From Lepidodermella squamata (taxonomy: Eukaryota; Animalia; Gastrotricha), in contig JBLDXI010000007.1 in NCBI GenBank assembly GCA_047495785.1, forward strand, positions 3,658,001-3,722,000: a stretch of 64,000 nucleotides of DNA, written 5' to 3'. The translations under genes were made by a program, and so were the position numbers. Positions 25,401 to 39,000 of this stretch are shown here, in pieces; position 1 is the stretch's first letter, and each line of letters opens with the position of its first letter. The notes beneath the pieces are model-generated. The model saw nothing but the letters and a program-made list of their open reading frames with translations, was not told the DNA's origin and searched no databases.

Positions 25401-28400
25401 GACGCTCGTGGTCAAGAAATCGCTTTCCAGGTACGATTTCAGTTTTCCTTCAATTTTTTATCAAAATCGAATCGAATTTCTTCGTTTGATCAAAATAAGA
25501 TTTTCAAATTCTGATTAAGATCTAATTCAAAGGTAGTCTGATCGAATTCCGATCTAATCTAGATCAAATTAGCTGTGCAACGCCATTTGTATTTCAAAAC
25601 ATCTAGATCTCAATAACCTAATTTTCTGCTCGTTCCTTTTTATAGGACATTGAAGTTGGTCCTGGTGCGTGCTTCGTGCCAGCTTTCACCCTGGGCCTAA
25701 ACCAGCGCATCCGTCTCAACTTCGGCCATGACGTTAACACACTGAAATACATCACCTCATTCGGTCTGCAAGAAGGCTACGAACCCTTCTGCGTTAACAT
25801 GAGCCGCCGATTGCCGCTGTGGTACGGCCAGGCTCGAACGCTGTTCCGCGACATCACCGAGGACGATCCGAAAGTCGAAGTCAACCGCGTTCAAGCCGGG
25901 TCTGGGGCACCGCCTGTTCTTAAAGTTCAGTCACGGCTGTTCGGAGTTGTGCCCAAAGTCGGGCTATCATACCTTCGCCTTTCGCTACCAGTTGTCTGCA
26001 AACCGGAATTTGCGTAAGTTTAAATAGCCCTTATTCTTAAATTTTCCATTTCATTTTTTATTTCAATTTATTTCATTATTTATTATATTTTTTTCTTAGT
26101 GAGGGTGTTGGTATGGAAGCTATGCGCAGTCCCAAGCCGCGTCTCGCGAAGAAGGGCCAAACCGGGAAAGACACGGGTAAGAACCGCGATCAAGCCGCGA
26201 AAAAGCGCCAGGCCTACAGTGGCCGCGGTGGGACGTCATCAGGCGAAGGCCCGGCCATCGGTGGAGAGCCACAGCAAATGGTTCGCATGGTCGATACGCT
26301 ATCAGCCTTTGGCATGGGCGGCGGAACGGCGCCCAGGGCCCCCTCAGCCGACCCGCAGTCACCCAGACCGGCTGCAGTGCCGGCCCCATCAACTCTTCCG
26401 ATCAAAGCAGCGGACAAGAAAGAGTAAGTCTTTCATGGAAAAATCTGGAATATATGGCAGCTTATAACACTCACTCATTTTTCCACCTTAATAATTATAC
26501 ATTTTCCCTTAATTAAAACCCCAGAAAATTAGCTGCAATGTGCTATGAACCCCTAATGAACACCTATTGACTTAGCTTATTCATCTAAGCAGAAAAGAAT
26601 GAAGCAAATTTCAAAAATTCATTTCAGATAGAAAATTGAGAGAATTTTTCATTTTTTTTTAGTTTTGAAATTTGTAATGAATTTTCAATTTTTTCTCAAA
26701 TTTTTGCTGTTTTGATAATTCTTTCTAAATTTTCAAAAAATTGAAATAATATCTTGGAATCAGTTTTACTAGAAATTTGCTTCATTCTTATTCTGCTGTA
26801 TATTTTTATCTCAGCTCTTAATCGCTATGAAGCACCCTGTTACTTGTAACTTAAATTCTAACTTCTGTATTGTGTCACCCTGTGTGATTTCCCTCTACCT
26901 TCACCTGTCACTATCGAGTAGTTACCGCTTCATGAAACGGCCTTCAATGCCGCAGAGCGCCCTGGCCGCGGCTCTCGCAAAAGCTGCCTCGTCAAGAGAC
27001 ATCGACGCGCCTCATCGGTCACCCGAGAAAACTGTTGCCTCGCACGTTTTGATGGGTAGCGGCGCGGTGACGGCGCCAAATTCACCCATGCCGGCGCTCA
27101 AGTCTAAATCAGTGCGGGTAAATTCAACGCCCACGCCTGATTCGGATGTTGAGCGGCGGTTATTGCCGCGCCACTCGTCGCCGGTTGTCGGCTCATCGGC
27201 GCCGTCTTCGGCGAAAAACACGCCTGAAGTTGTGCGCAAATTTGCGGCCGAAACTGCGCGCACCCTCACAGCGTCGCCGCAACAGTTTGTCGCGCCGCCG
27301 GAGAAGAAAAGGTCCCGAGGATCTGCCCACATTTTTAGCACCCACTAGATACGTAGTATTTTCAGTTTTCAGTGGTAATCTAGAATTTACCGAATTTTCC
27401 GAAGTTTGACCCGGTAATACCCGATTTGACCTGGTAAAAACCGAAATTTCTAATTTTTGAATTTTGTTCGGAATCAAATTCCTAAACTGACTACACAAAT
27501 TCCTTCCTCTCAAGAATCAAGAACATAACCTGGTAATACCCGGTTTCAAAATACCCGATTTAACCCGGTAATACCCGGAAATATTCGTTTTCAAATATTT
27601 CAATCTCAAAGCCCTCATCAGTCAAATTGGATTTTTATACAAAAACCAGTCTTACCCGGTAAATTCCGAAAATTCCATTTGCTAAATTTCGTATCGAATC
27701 GGGTCTTCCAGTTCGGTCTAACTCGGAAATCTATTTCGGCATTGGTAGCAATTAGTCCGTAGGGTTTCTCTGTTAGTTTATTAGTCCTTAGTCCTTAGTT
27801 AATCGTAAAAATGCACCTTGACAAATTGCATGGATTGTGAAATTTAATTTTTAATATTTTTGTTGTTGAATTGTGAATTTTCAACGCTTTGGAGACATAT
27901 ATAGTAGCGCATGGCTGATTTAACGTTATACCACGTGGAGAATACCGTAGTCATAATGGGCTTCGTTACACTTATACAGGTCGGCTTTGGACAAATTTAA
28001 AAGCAAGCGCTTGATGAACAGCATATTCAGCAAGAAGGGCCAGTCGCGCGAAGGCTCGCCAAGCAGGTAAGCTTAACCGCTTCTATCATGATTTATTAAC
28101 TATTTAGCTAACCAATTTCAATATAATACAACTAAACGTAGTGGCTTCGGCTGCTTGAAATTAAAATGATGTAAAAATCACTACTTCCTAACTCCCCTGA
28201 CTCGCTTCGCCTGACTCGTACTGAATGACCAATAATCGGTGAATTATTTGTAAACAATTTGATGAGAATTAATTAAATTGGAAATACTTGAAATTTGAAA
28301 GATTTTCACAAAGAAAATAACATAATTTTGAATTTTCGAAGATCAGTTATTTTTCAATATAAAATACTGCCTCCAAAAATGTAAAATCATTGAGGTTTCA

Positions 28401-31400
28401 GTTACCAAATGAAATTCACAGTGAATGGCTGGCAACTGAAATTCACAGTGAAACTTGAAAAACTTTCGATCGAAATACTAAAATTTTGGGAATTTGTTAT
28501 TTTCCGGCGAGATTTCTCTGCCTTATGAATTGTTTCAAATCTCTTGAGAGGAAAAAAGTCTAGTTGTCCCAAATTTTCAATTAATTTTGGATATCAAATG
28601 CGAAATTTTATTACATATTTCCGTCTCGAATCCTCATCAAAGAGCATCTCGAAATTTGCCAAAGACCAAAACGTTTTTTCGAAGACCTCGGCAAATTATT
28701 TATCGACTAGTTGACATTTTTTATTTTCTTCAAATTTTTCAATTTTGTGAATTTTTTTATAAGTTTTATTCGAATTTGAAATGTAATGCTTGCGTGTGAT
28801 CGTTTTCAGACTCGCTGCCGATGAGTTGCTGCTAGCCGGCCAAGCCTCGCCAGACGGCGACCTCCTAGCCATGGCCGACAGTGTCCCACCGGAATTTCGA
28901 GCCACCCTGGGCGAACAGGCCCTCGCAGCCGCCGAGTACGGCCTCACGCCCGCCGACCTCGAGCCGTCACGCATCGCCGAAATGGACGAGTACTACTACG
29001 CCATCCGCGTGCTGCCCGGCCAAGAACCCGGCAAAGTCTTCGTCGGCTGGGTTTCATCCGAGTTCAAGCCAACCAACGCCCAGGCGCCGGAATTCGACGT
29101 GAAAGCCGTTCGATCGTGCACGATACAATCCTTAGACGGCGATTACAAACCGTCACGCTGCGCCCTGCGTCAAGATTGCTACGTCGTCTCGGTTGGCGTG
29201 CTGTACCACAGATCCGAGTCGATGCGCCGCCAGGCCGTCGCCCAGCCGACCCAGCGCACCCAGCCGGGTATTCATATTGGGTGCTCTATCAACACGGCGA
29301 CTGGCAAATTGACGTTTTTCGTCAACGGCGAGGAGGCGCCGAATAAGTTCTACGTCGAACCTGGCACGCGCCTGTTCCCGGCTGCTTTCTTCGAACCGAC
29401 CTGCAAAGAGGCGATTCAGTTTGAACTCAGCCGAACCAAGGTAAAATTTCAAAAAATCGATAAAAAATTTGGTGTTAAAACGTTATGAAAATTTCTAAAA
29501 TTTCCTAATTTCAAATTTGAGTCCCACTTTTAGCTGAACCAAATATTGGGTGAAAATTTCGGCAAAACATTTTCATAATTTTCGAGAATTTCAAGATAAT
29601 TTTGAAAAAATTTGAATTTTCACGTTTAAAACGCGTTGTAATGAATATTTAATGCTCGAGGCCTATTTCCGAAATTTTGTTCCGCTAACAGATTATATCC
29701 CTGTTTTCGATTTTTCTAGGTTTTTAGGATTTTCGAGTTCAAAAATTGTGAAATTTAAATTGTTATGATTTCACACTTCTCATCTGCTTCTTCTAGCATT
29801 TTTTTAGGAATAATTTGAAATTTCGCCCCTATTTTCTATGGTGCAATAATCTGCATCCATTATCTAATACTATTTTTGTTTTCCTTTGGTATTTTTGCTC
29901 ATTTTTGTCTGTTTTCTAGAACGCGTTGCCTCTGTCTGCTGCTCTGTTCCGAACCGGCAAGCACGGCCTGCCGCAGTGCCCGCCGCGACTCAACCTGCAA
30001 TCGCTTCAGGCCTACCGATGGGCCCGCGTCGCCAATCGCCAGCTGCGCGTCAATATCCTCAAATTGTCGGCCATCCGCGGCTGGTCGCTGCTTTGCGACG
30101 AACCGGGTAAGTACACAAATTACCAGGCAAAAAAATCAGCCATTTTATGCAATAAAAATTGAGGCCAAAAATAAAGCGCTTTTAACCCTAATTAAATCCA
30201 GGGTTTTATGCATAACATTTTTATTTTTTTTTTATTTAACATCAAAATAATTTATAGCTGTTCTAGTTTTTATTTAAACAGAGTCTAATACTGTACCCGT
30301 TGTCTCGGTAATTTTTCTAAAATTATCCCAATTACTAAAAATTTATAATTCAATTTTTTCAATTTCTGAAGATTCAACTTTAATCGAGAATTTTTGAGAA
30401 TTAATTAGATTTTTAGATTAATTGTGTAAAAAATCTTGAAAATTTAAAAAATGTTTGCCCTGAGCAATTACACACATGCCGAAAGTCGCGATTCGTCGCG
30501 TCGATCATCGCAAGAGCGCCGCCGCGCCACCGTCATGGCCGGCGTGCGTTGGATAAACCAGCCCCTCACCGGCTCAACCGCCCATTTACCCGGCCCGTTA
30601 CCCTCGGACCTATTCCACGTAGTCGCACTAGCTCGCTTCGAAATGTGCGGCCTATTCGAGCCGGAAATTCACGTAGTCGGCCGAACCCAGTTCAATAAAC
30701 ACCTTGCTAGCCCGGCGTATCGCCGAACTGTAGGCGACGCGTTGACGGAACTGTTAGAACGGGCTCATTTAAACGCATCGTGGCATTTCACGCTACAACC
30801 CCTCTTCACATTAATCGCACTTTGCTTCACCCTGTCCGGCATTTTCGGCGTTTTAATGATTGGCGGGTTCAGGTCAAAGGTCGCCATTGTCTCATTAGCC
30901 CTCATTCTACCCGCTACGGCGTTTTTCTCGACTATGTACCTGTTGCGGCTACGAAATGCCGCGTTAATTAGAGCGACTAATTACCTATCTCAATGGGCGC
31001 TGGTTCATAATGCTCGAAATTTAGTGTCGCCCAAGGAGTTGTTCATCACATTAGGAAATGACCGATTCGCGACGATAACCATTCAATTTTACGCCCTGGC
31101 CACTCATGCGTGTATACCACCCCTGGCCGCGTTGTCAGTGCGTCTAGCTGGTAAGCCGAGGTTGAAGATTTTCCTAGCCCGAACTCTGGAGCAGTTGTGC
31201 GGGTCTTCTTCGATTTGGTTTGCGTTGCTAATGCAGGAGTTGCCGTATTGGCGGATTGTTACTGCCACGCTGGTTACGTTGTGGTTGGCTGCGTTCGATG
31301 AGCGGCTTGTGACTGCCGAGTATCGACATGTCTATGATAAGTTGTGCCTTTGCCAGCTAGGCGCGAGGGTTGAGAAAATGGTTGCGAATCCGTCGACGCT

Positions 31401-33051
31401 GTGCTCGCCGAGGTCGATAATTACGCAACCCACCTGAGCGCAGAAAAAACTATAGGGAATCGAAGAAAATTCCTGAAAATGACTGAAATAGCCTGAATAT
31501 TTTATTTGAATAATTCCTAATTATGGAAAATAAAAAAATGACATTTCTATTCAAGTGAGTAGTGTATAATACCTGATATTTTTTGTTAGTTTTTATAATT
31601 TTTTTGAATGAAAACCTGAGAATAATGAATAATCTCTATTTACAGCGTGTCTCAGAAGTAATGCAAGCAAAAAAACATGCACGAAAATGGGTTCATAAAC
31701 TCTAAAATTAGAGAAGATGTCCAGAAATATTTTAGAAAATTTCAAAAAAATCACTAGAATTCCAATCAATTATGTTTCTTGTTAATGGGATTGAAAAATT
31801 CCGGAGCAATTTTTTTTTCAAACGGGTAAATTACCGAAAGTTTCCGAACCAGTATTTTCGGGGCTTTCCGGGTTTTCTCCTGTAACCTTTTAATTTCTTC
31901 TTTTAAATCGCGTGTTCTTTTAAATATTCTTACTGCTGTTTTAATTAAATTAAATTAACTGAATTTTCTACAAAAAGATGACAAATTGAAAAATACTTCA
32001 GCAACTTGTAGGAAACGCTGTGCTATCAATTTCTCAAATTTCAAGCTAATATTTGCTTTACTATCGGATGTGTCAAGTGAATTCACCCTAAATTTCACCA
32101 CATATATTATTTTTCGAGTTCATATTTCTCCTCAATTTGTGTATCATTGAGCCAATATCGATTCCAAGTATTGATTTCACAAATTACTGAATTTTCCGAA
32201 ATCAGAAGTCTTGAAAGCCACAATTGAAGATGTTTCCACCTTGCTGATAAAACCTCGAATGAAAGATGAAAGATTCATTGTTTACGATATCTTGTTTATC
32301 TGGTTCAAAATTCCGAAAATTCCTGCAGTTTAAAAATTTTCTTTTTTTTGACCGTTAAATGGATGATTTTCTAATATTTTCCTACGGTTATTTGCTGATT
32401 TTTTTATTATTTCCCCATTTTAACTCGATTTTTTATTGAATTTTCGTCAATTTTTCTAGTTCAAATGCTGGCAATCTACATCCCGGAGGAAGATCGATGC
32501 CTCGACATTCTCGAGTTGGTTTACGACCAGCCGCTGCTCGACTTCCACACGAAAACGCTCGAGCTGTACCAAGCTCTCTGCTCGCTGGGCAACCACGTGG
32601 CCGCGCACTGCCTCGCGCAACACGTCACCATCCGCCAGCTCATCTACTGCACGAAAGAAGAATCAATGTCCGGCAGTTTGCGCCGTGGATTTTTCGACCT
32701 ACTCCACTCGATTCACTTGAATGCGCATATCGCCAGCCGAGCGGTGACGCGGCAAATTTTCATCGCCCCGTTGGATGCAAATGCGGAGGGCGAACCGCCG
32801 GGCGATGATGAGTTGGTGTCGATTGGCATTTCGCAGCCGATGACAATTTTACCGCCGCTGCCGTTGACGACGGGCACGTTGGCGAATGGCGAGTTGACGA
32901 GCCCGACGTTCCCGTTGGAGGACTTGAAGACGTACATCATGTCAGACTTGTACTCGACTGTTGAACTGGCGGCGGCGAAAATTCGCGACCCGATCGGCGA
33001 TTCTTACGCTCACATGATCGTGCCGCTGCTACAGGTTTGTAAAAATCTCTG

Positions 33052-33084
<33 letters not shown>

Positions 33085-36000
33085 TAAAAAATTGGAAAGC
33101 ATATTTGTAATGGTGATTTTTTATGAAAAAATTCGAAACAAATTAGATGATGCCAAAACTGACCTTTCAGAAAAATCCAGTTTCGATAATATTTTACAAT
33201 TTCAAATTTTTATAATTTCTCATCACCGCCTAATTTTCATTTGCTCTGAAATATGCCATTGCTAGAGAGTTCTTTCTCAGGTGGTCTTGTCAATAATGTT
33301 ATATCGGGTTCATAAATGGAGGAGCTAAACCTTGAGATCTTGCCGTGATTTTGGGGTTGATATTCAGGTAGTTCGCGTGTTCTTCGAGTGAATGCCTTTT
33401 CAGACTTGATCAATGACGTGGAGAAGAAATGTTATTATAAGGCAGCTTTCTGCTAATTATTTCATATTTAACTGCCTTGGTCTTATAATCTTATCTATAA
33501 AATTATTAAATTATAATATAATACAATATCTGAAGCGGATTTTTTTGATGGTATAGCGATATCATAGTAGATAATACTTCAAAATTAAGGCCAAGGAACC
33601 ATGGTGTATGGTTCCTTGGCCTTAATTTTGAAGTATTAAATACAATATCTATAATATTATAATCGAACGGAATATCAGTAAGCAAGTCCTTCTTACAGCA
33701 ATTTACAATAACTCCAGTAACTCCGCCTTTTCGATGTTTCATTCGTTGAGTTCTCCTCACTTGCGTGGTTCGTCAGATCTGGGTGCGATTTCTGTGACAA
33801 ACATTCAGTTTTTGGATCAACAGCAGGATCTTTCGTAGGTTTAGCAGCGTTTCGCAGTTGTTTCAAGAGTGAATTTCGACACTCCCTGTACTCCTCACTT
33901 CCCGGTATCATCATCATCATAGGAATGATCACTTCTTCGCCGACGAATGGCCATGGTTTGATCCTTTCCCGCCATTCCTGTAGCCTTTCCCTTTCCCAAA
34001 CCATTTTTTCATCAAAAACATTCGTGACAATGAGGACTGTGTTTGTAAGTCGTGGCCAGCTTGCACGTTCAAATTTGTCAAGTACACGATCCAGAAACCG
34101 AGAATGAACAACGAATAGAACAACATCCGGTTCGCCCGCTGAAACCAGCCAATCGTCTAATCGCGCAGGCCACTTGGGATCGAATTTATGATAAGGCCCA
34201 TCAATGATCAATGAGATGGTCGACCAGCTATCACTTGATGAACTGCCTGCTTCCGCAACTGGCCATTCTTCGTCTTCTTCAATTAGCAATTTACGAACTT
34301 CGTCCGTCTCCTCCTGGTCTATATTTTTCAAAAATATTTACTATTTTAAAGTATTAAATTATCTTAACCTTCTCCGATCAGCAACACCGTTGTTTTGTTG
34401 TCTTCTAAATCTGGCTTGCGCAAAGTTTGGCCTTCAAGTTCCTCGAATGGTGTTAGCAAAACGTCGCCCCCACGAGCAAACCTACGAGCAGTGCAATACC
34501 TCGATTTTAAAGGGTAGTATTATAACAGGCCTAGCCAACGGGGTCAAGGTCACTACAAGCCACGCAAAATTTAATTTTCGTTATTGCGCCCCGGTCGCTC
34601 AACCGATACGGATTAGTTTCATATCGAAAGATTTCCCGTGTTTCAATGTACTATTTCCCCAAGTTTCATGAAATTTAATTGAAATCTGAGAGCACATTGG
34701 CATTTCGAAAATTTTGAGCTGCTCTGGCTAATTAGCCAGGGTTGACTAGGCCTGTATTAGAAGTTCAACTCACTCTTCGCGTCTCGATAACTCCATACCA
34801 TCCCTACGAGCAGTGCAAGATTTAAACTTAGAAGGGGAGTATTAGAAGTTGAACTCACTGGTCCATCTGTAAAAACCCATTGCATAGTTCGGGTACCATA
34901 TCACCATCTGAGATGCATAGCAAATCAGAAAGCTCATCAGAAAAGCCCGCCCTAATTAAGAATTAAGGAGAGAGTAATTCTGACCGGTATTCTGTTAATT
35001 GAACTTGGAACAAACGAATTTTCGGCTGTGATTTGTAGAGCTTGGTTGTACCATTCATCTGCCTTTCGTTTTATTTCATCTTTATTTTGCAAGTTGCCCT
35101 CGTCATCCTGCAAAAATTACGGTAAAAAAAATGTTCAAATCCGGTTTGAACTCACGAATATTTGCAAATATTCTTCATTCGGAAGCAAATCCAACTCTTC
35201 AATGATCAGCCTCTCGCTCAGTTGCTCGTAAAAGGTAGTAACATCCATTGTTTCGCCATTCAATTTGGAAGTTGCAAAAACCACATTTTGTCCTCGAAAT
35301 TTTGACTCGAATGAACGGAGTAGGGCCAGCAGTTGCTCTCGGAACACCTCCTTTTCCACCTTCTCCCTCAGGTAAATGATAATGGAACCACGCCTTAAAC
35401 CAATAAACATTGGCATGCTTTCCAATAAACTTGGGGGGTCATCATGGGCCTTGATAAAAATATGTGCGGCCAGAAAGAGAGTAGCGCCATACACGATATG
35501 GCTAGACAAATTGAAGAGTCCTTCGTTGATGCGAGGAGCGATTTTATTATAAGTTTGAAGTAATTTATCCGTTTTTTCACAGACGTCTATAAGGCCGTCA
35601 ATAAACACCTGATAGCGTTGAGCAGCCATTTCTAGAAAATCACATATGCTTAATAAAACTTGGTTGAATTGTGAAATAAGGATAAAAGGCAATAAATGAA
35701 GTCTTGCCGTAATGCTGCAAATACTAATCCGGGCTAATGCGAAATTAGAAGGCGTCATATTAACGAAAAGTGGGCTTCTATAAGAGACTAAGCTTGTTCA
35801 ACCTGAATGTCGACGGTATGCGGTGTACTGTATGCCCCTCTCTCACTTGAAGACAATGTAAACCATTAGCATTAATTTTAGATTAAACTTAAATTCTACG
35901 CCAGACGTCACCTCCGACATGTTTCGGCTTTATTGGGCCATCTTCAGGGTTTAACAACAAATTTGTACTATCAATATACTGTTCAAGTGCAAGCGTCAAG

Positions 36001-39000
36001 GCAAGTATTACCTGCTTTAAGAAAGTTTACTCTAATGATTTCGCTTTTCCACCAAACCGTACGCTTCAAAATAACAAAATTAAGGTTTGAGGAGGGCAAT
36101 ATAAACTATTTGACTTGATTATTGTGAGAAAACGATGGCAGGCAGTAAACATATTTAGACTCATACAATTACGAAAATGTGAAGAAATAATCTCGGCAAT
36201 ACCAAAAATGTAAGGTGGTTTGGTTTTTATTTTGCTATCCAAAATCGTCGGCCCTCTTTTGGGTGACATCAAAAGGTTCGGCCTAGAGGGTTCACAGTTG
36301 AATACAGTGAAAGTTGTCAAAGCCGGGCCAGTCTAAACCGGACGTTATCGGGTAGGTCGATCCAAAATTGTGGACTTAACATTATAATTTTATTGTCTAA
36401 ACCGGACTGGTGGTATAAACCGGACGGATTTTGGGGTCAGAGTCCGGTTTGCGCATGAAAAAGGTCAACTGTGTAAAGTTTTTGGGGGAAAATGCAGGCA
36501 CCTGCCTAGCATGAGACACCTCGAAAAATTTTGAAAATTGTCAATCGGCCAATTATCCCGGATCTATGCATCTATGGTCTATGTAGTTCAATTATTTATA
36601 TGGAAAGGTATGACTTGAATGACTTCAAAGTTCGTAAAATATGAAAAATCATGAATTTTACATTATATTTCGCGTATATTTCCTAATCCGGGCTCAGTCC
36701 GGTATAAAATAATCCGGACTTCGTCTAAACCGGACCATTTTGCCTGGCGCGACCCGTTGGCTGAATTATATTATACAAGGCTTTGTATAATAGTAGCAAA
36801 GCTATTCGTTGAGTTGCCATTGAAAGGCGCCTTTTGACGGTCACTCTTCCAGAGTCCAAGGTCCAAGGTTATCAAATACGCCGATTAAATGTTTCGGGAT
36901 TCAAAAAGTCTACTGCAATTTCTAAAATCTTATGGTCTTGGATATTTCAAATCCCATGCTTGTGAAAAGCCGAAGAAACTAAGTTGAATCCGGAAAATAT
37001 CTTAAATTGCGTACTTACCTGTTTCCAACAATACTGGTTTTCACTTTAAGGGATATACGACATGTTGTTCCCAGTCATGAAAACTTCCAAAAATACGAAA
37101 GAATGACCGCTAACAAGTGAAAAGTGGGGCTTCACGACATTTTTAACATCGTGATATTTGGATACCGCTTTCAACATCAATGAACGAGGAGTCGAACGAT
37201 ATCAAAAAGAGGTTGATAGGTTGATCAGGGTTGCTGAGAAAATTAGCTTCAAAGATTATGGTTGTAAATTGCTCATTTTAAAAAATGTGCGCCCAAAAAA
37301 TTGTTTTTTTTATGGAAGTGGCTATTTACACCCCCCAGTGGGTGCTGTTAAGTGACTATTTACACCCACCTGCTGGGTCGCGTTAACTTGCAATTTACAC
37401 CCACCCGTGTACAGCTAATCTTCAGCTATTTACATAGGGTGGCTATGATTTTAAGCTGTGTCTTTTCAGAGAGACTGTTTTCGTTTTTGGTTTTGTTTGG
37501 AATGGTGATAAATTTCTTCCGTCTTCAGAGAGTACATGTGATACATGCCTGTATAACAGGAAGTGGTTACAGCAAAGTGATGCAAAACAGATGTTTCTTT
37601 TCTAACTTCTAACATTTAATATTTTAGTACAAAACTCCTCACTCGTCATCCGCCTTAAGTTAGGTTATTCTTATTTCTTATTATATTCTGATTATTAACT
37701 TCATAAATTTACTTCCAGCTCTATAAGTGTCGTTAGCCGTTAATCGCCATATCGTTGGCATCGTTGAATGATTTAGGCTTGTTTATGGTGACAGGTGTAA
37801 AAAGTAGTGTTTTTTGCTTCAATTCTGAGGCAAAACAAGTTAATTTTTACGCCACCATTAAACTGATAAAACCCAAATCCGAGTTATTCAAGACGATAAC
37901 AATGTATATAGTATAGCAAATTGACGTTTAGCCCAAAATTGAGATGTTGATACCTCCTTGTGTGGTAAAAAAAATTACTGGCAACTTATACCAAAACTAG
38001 TATAACATCTATCGCTAACAAGTGATTTCAAGTGGAAATGGCCTCAAAGCCCATTAGTCACCCCACAACTCGCTTATAACCGCTTATAACTCACGTCACA
38101 CGTTGATGCGCGTCATCTGTAATTTGTAAGCGATAAATCTCTCTACAGGGTGGCCACAAAATGCCGCAGAGGGCCAGGAAAAACCCCAGAAAAAGCGCCT
38201 GGTTTTAATCCCGGTTCGGTTCGGATCGGGTCCAGCTTCGTCCTCTGCGGCTTTTTGTGGCCACCCTGAATTTTTCTCCGAAAAAGCTTCCCGAAATGTT
38301 GATAATTAATTATCCTGGTATAAATGATAATTTCGCCGATTTTTTCAGTGAGCCGTTTCCTTAAATTGTTCTTCGAAATCTAACGTCTAACTTCGACTAT
38401 CTCTAACGTCGCCTGATCAATGACCCCACCAAAATGTACTCCCTTGCTCTTATTTTCGGCGAACAAAAGCTGGTCTAGCCGCGCAATATTGATAACCGCG
38501 AAACAGCCTATTTAATTTGTGTTTTCTGCTTTACCTATTTCATTTTGCCCTCAAGCAACGTTTTTTCTTTGATGCACTGCATTTAATTCCATGTAGGTTT
38601 TTGTTGACTAATTTCACCTTGGAAAGAGGAAGAACTCCAGCGCGATAACAGCGCGATAATTGGTGTAAAAATGTCAAGAACTTGAATTCGAAATTCCAGC
38701 AAAATCTTATAAGACTTCTTATGCCGGTTTCCTATGTGTTATATGCTGCGATTTTCAGTTTTTACTTGATGAAATCCTGAATTTCGGCTATTGACTATAC
38801 TTATGAAACTTATTTAATCGCATGAAATAAGAAATCGGCAATACGGGTTATTGCTACCTCTTGAGGTGTTTTTCACGTGCCAAGATAGCAGAATCGCAGT
38901 GAAGCAGATAGCAGAAATGAGTAGTGAATGATGCTGGTCGCTTCAAGAATTATTCGGAAAGCAGATAGCAGATAACAAGCCGATAACTAGCTCACATTAT

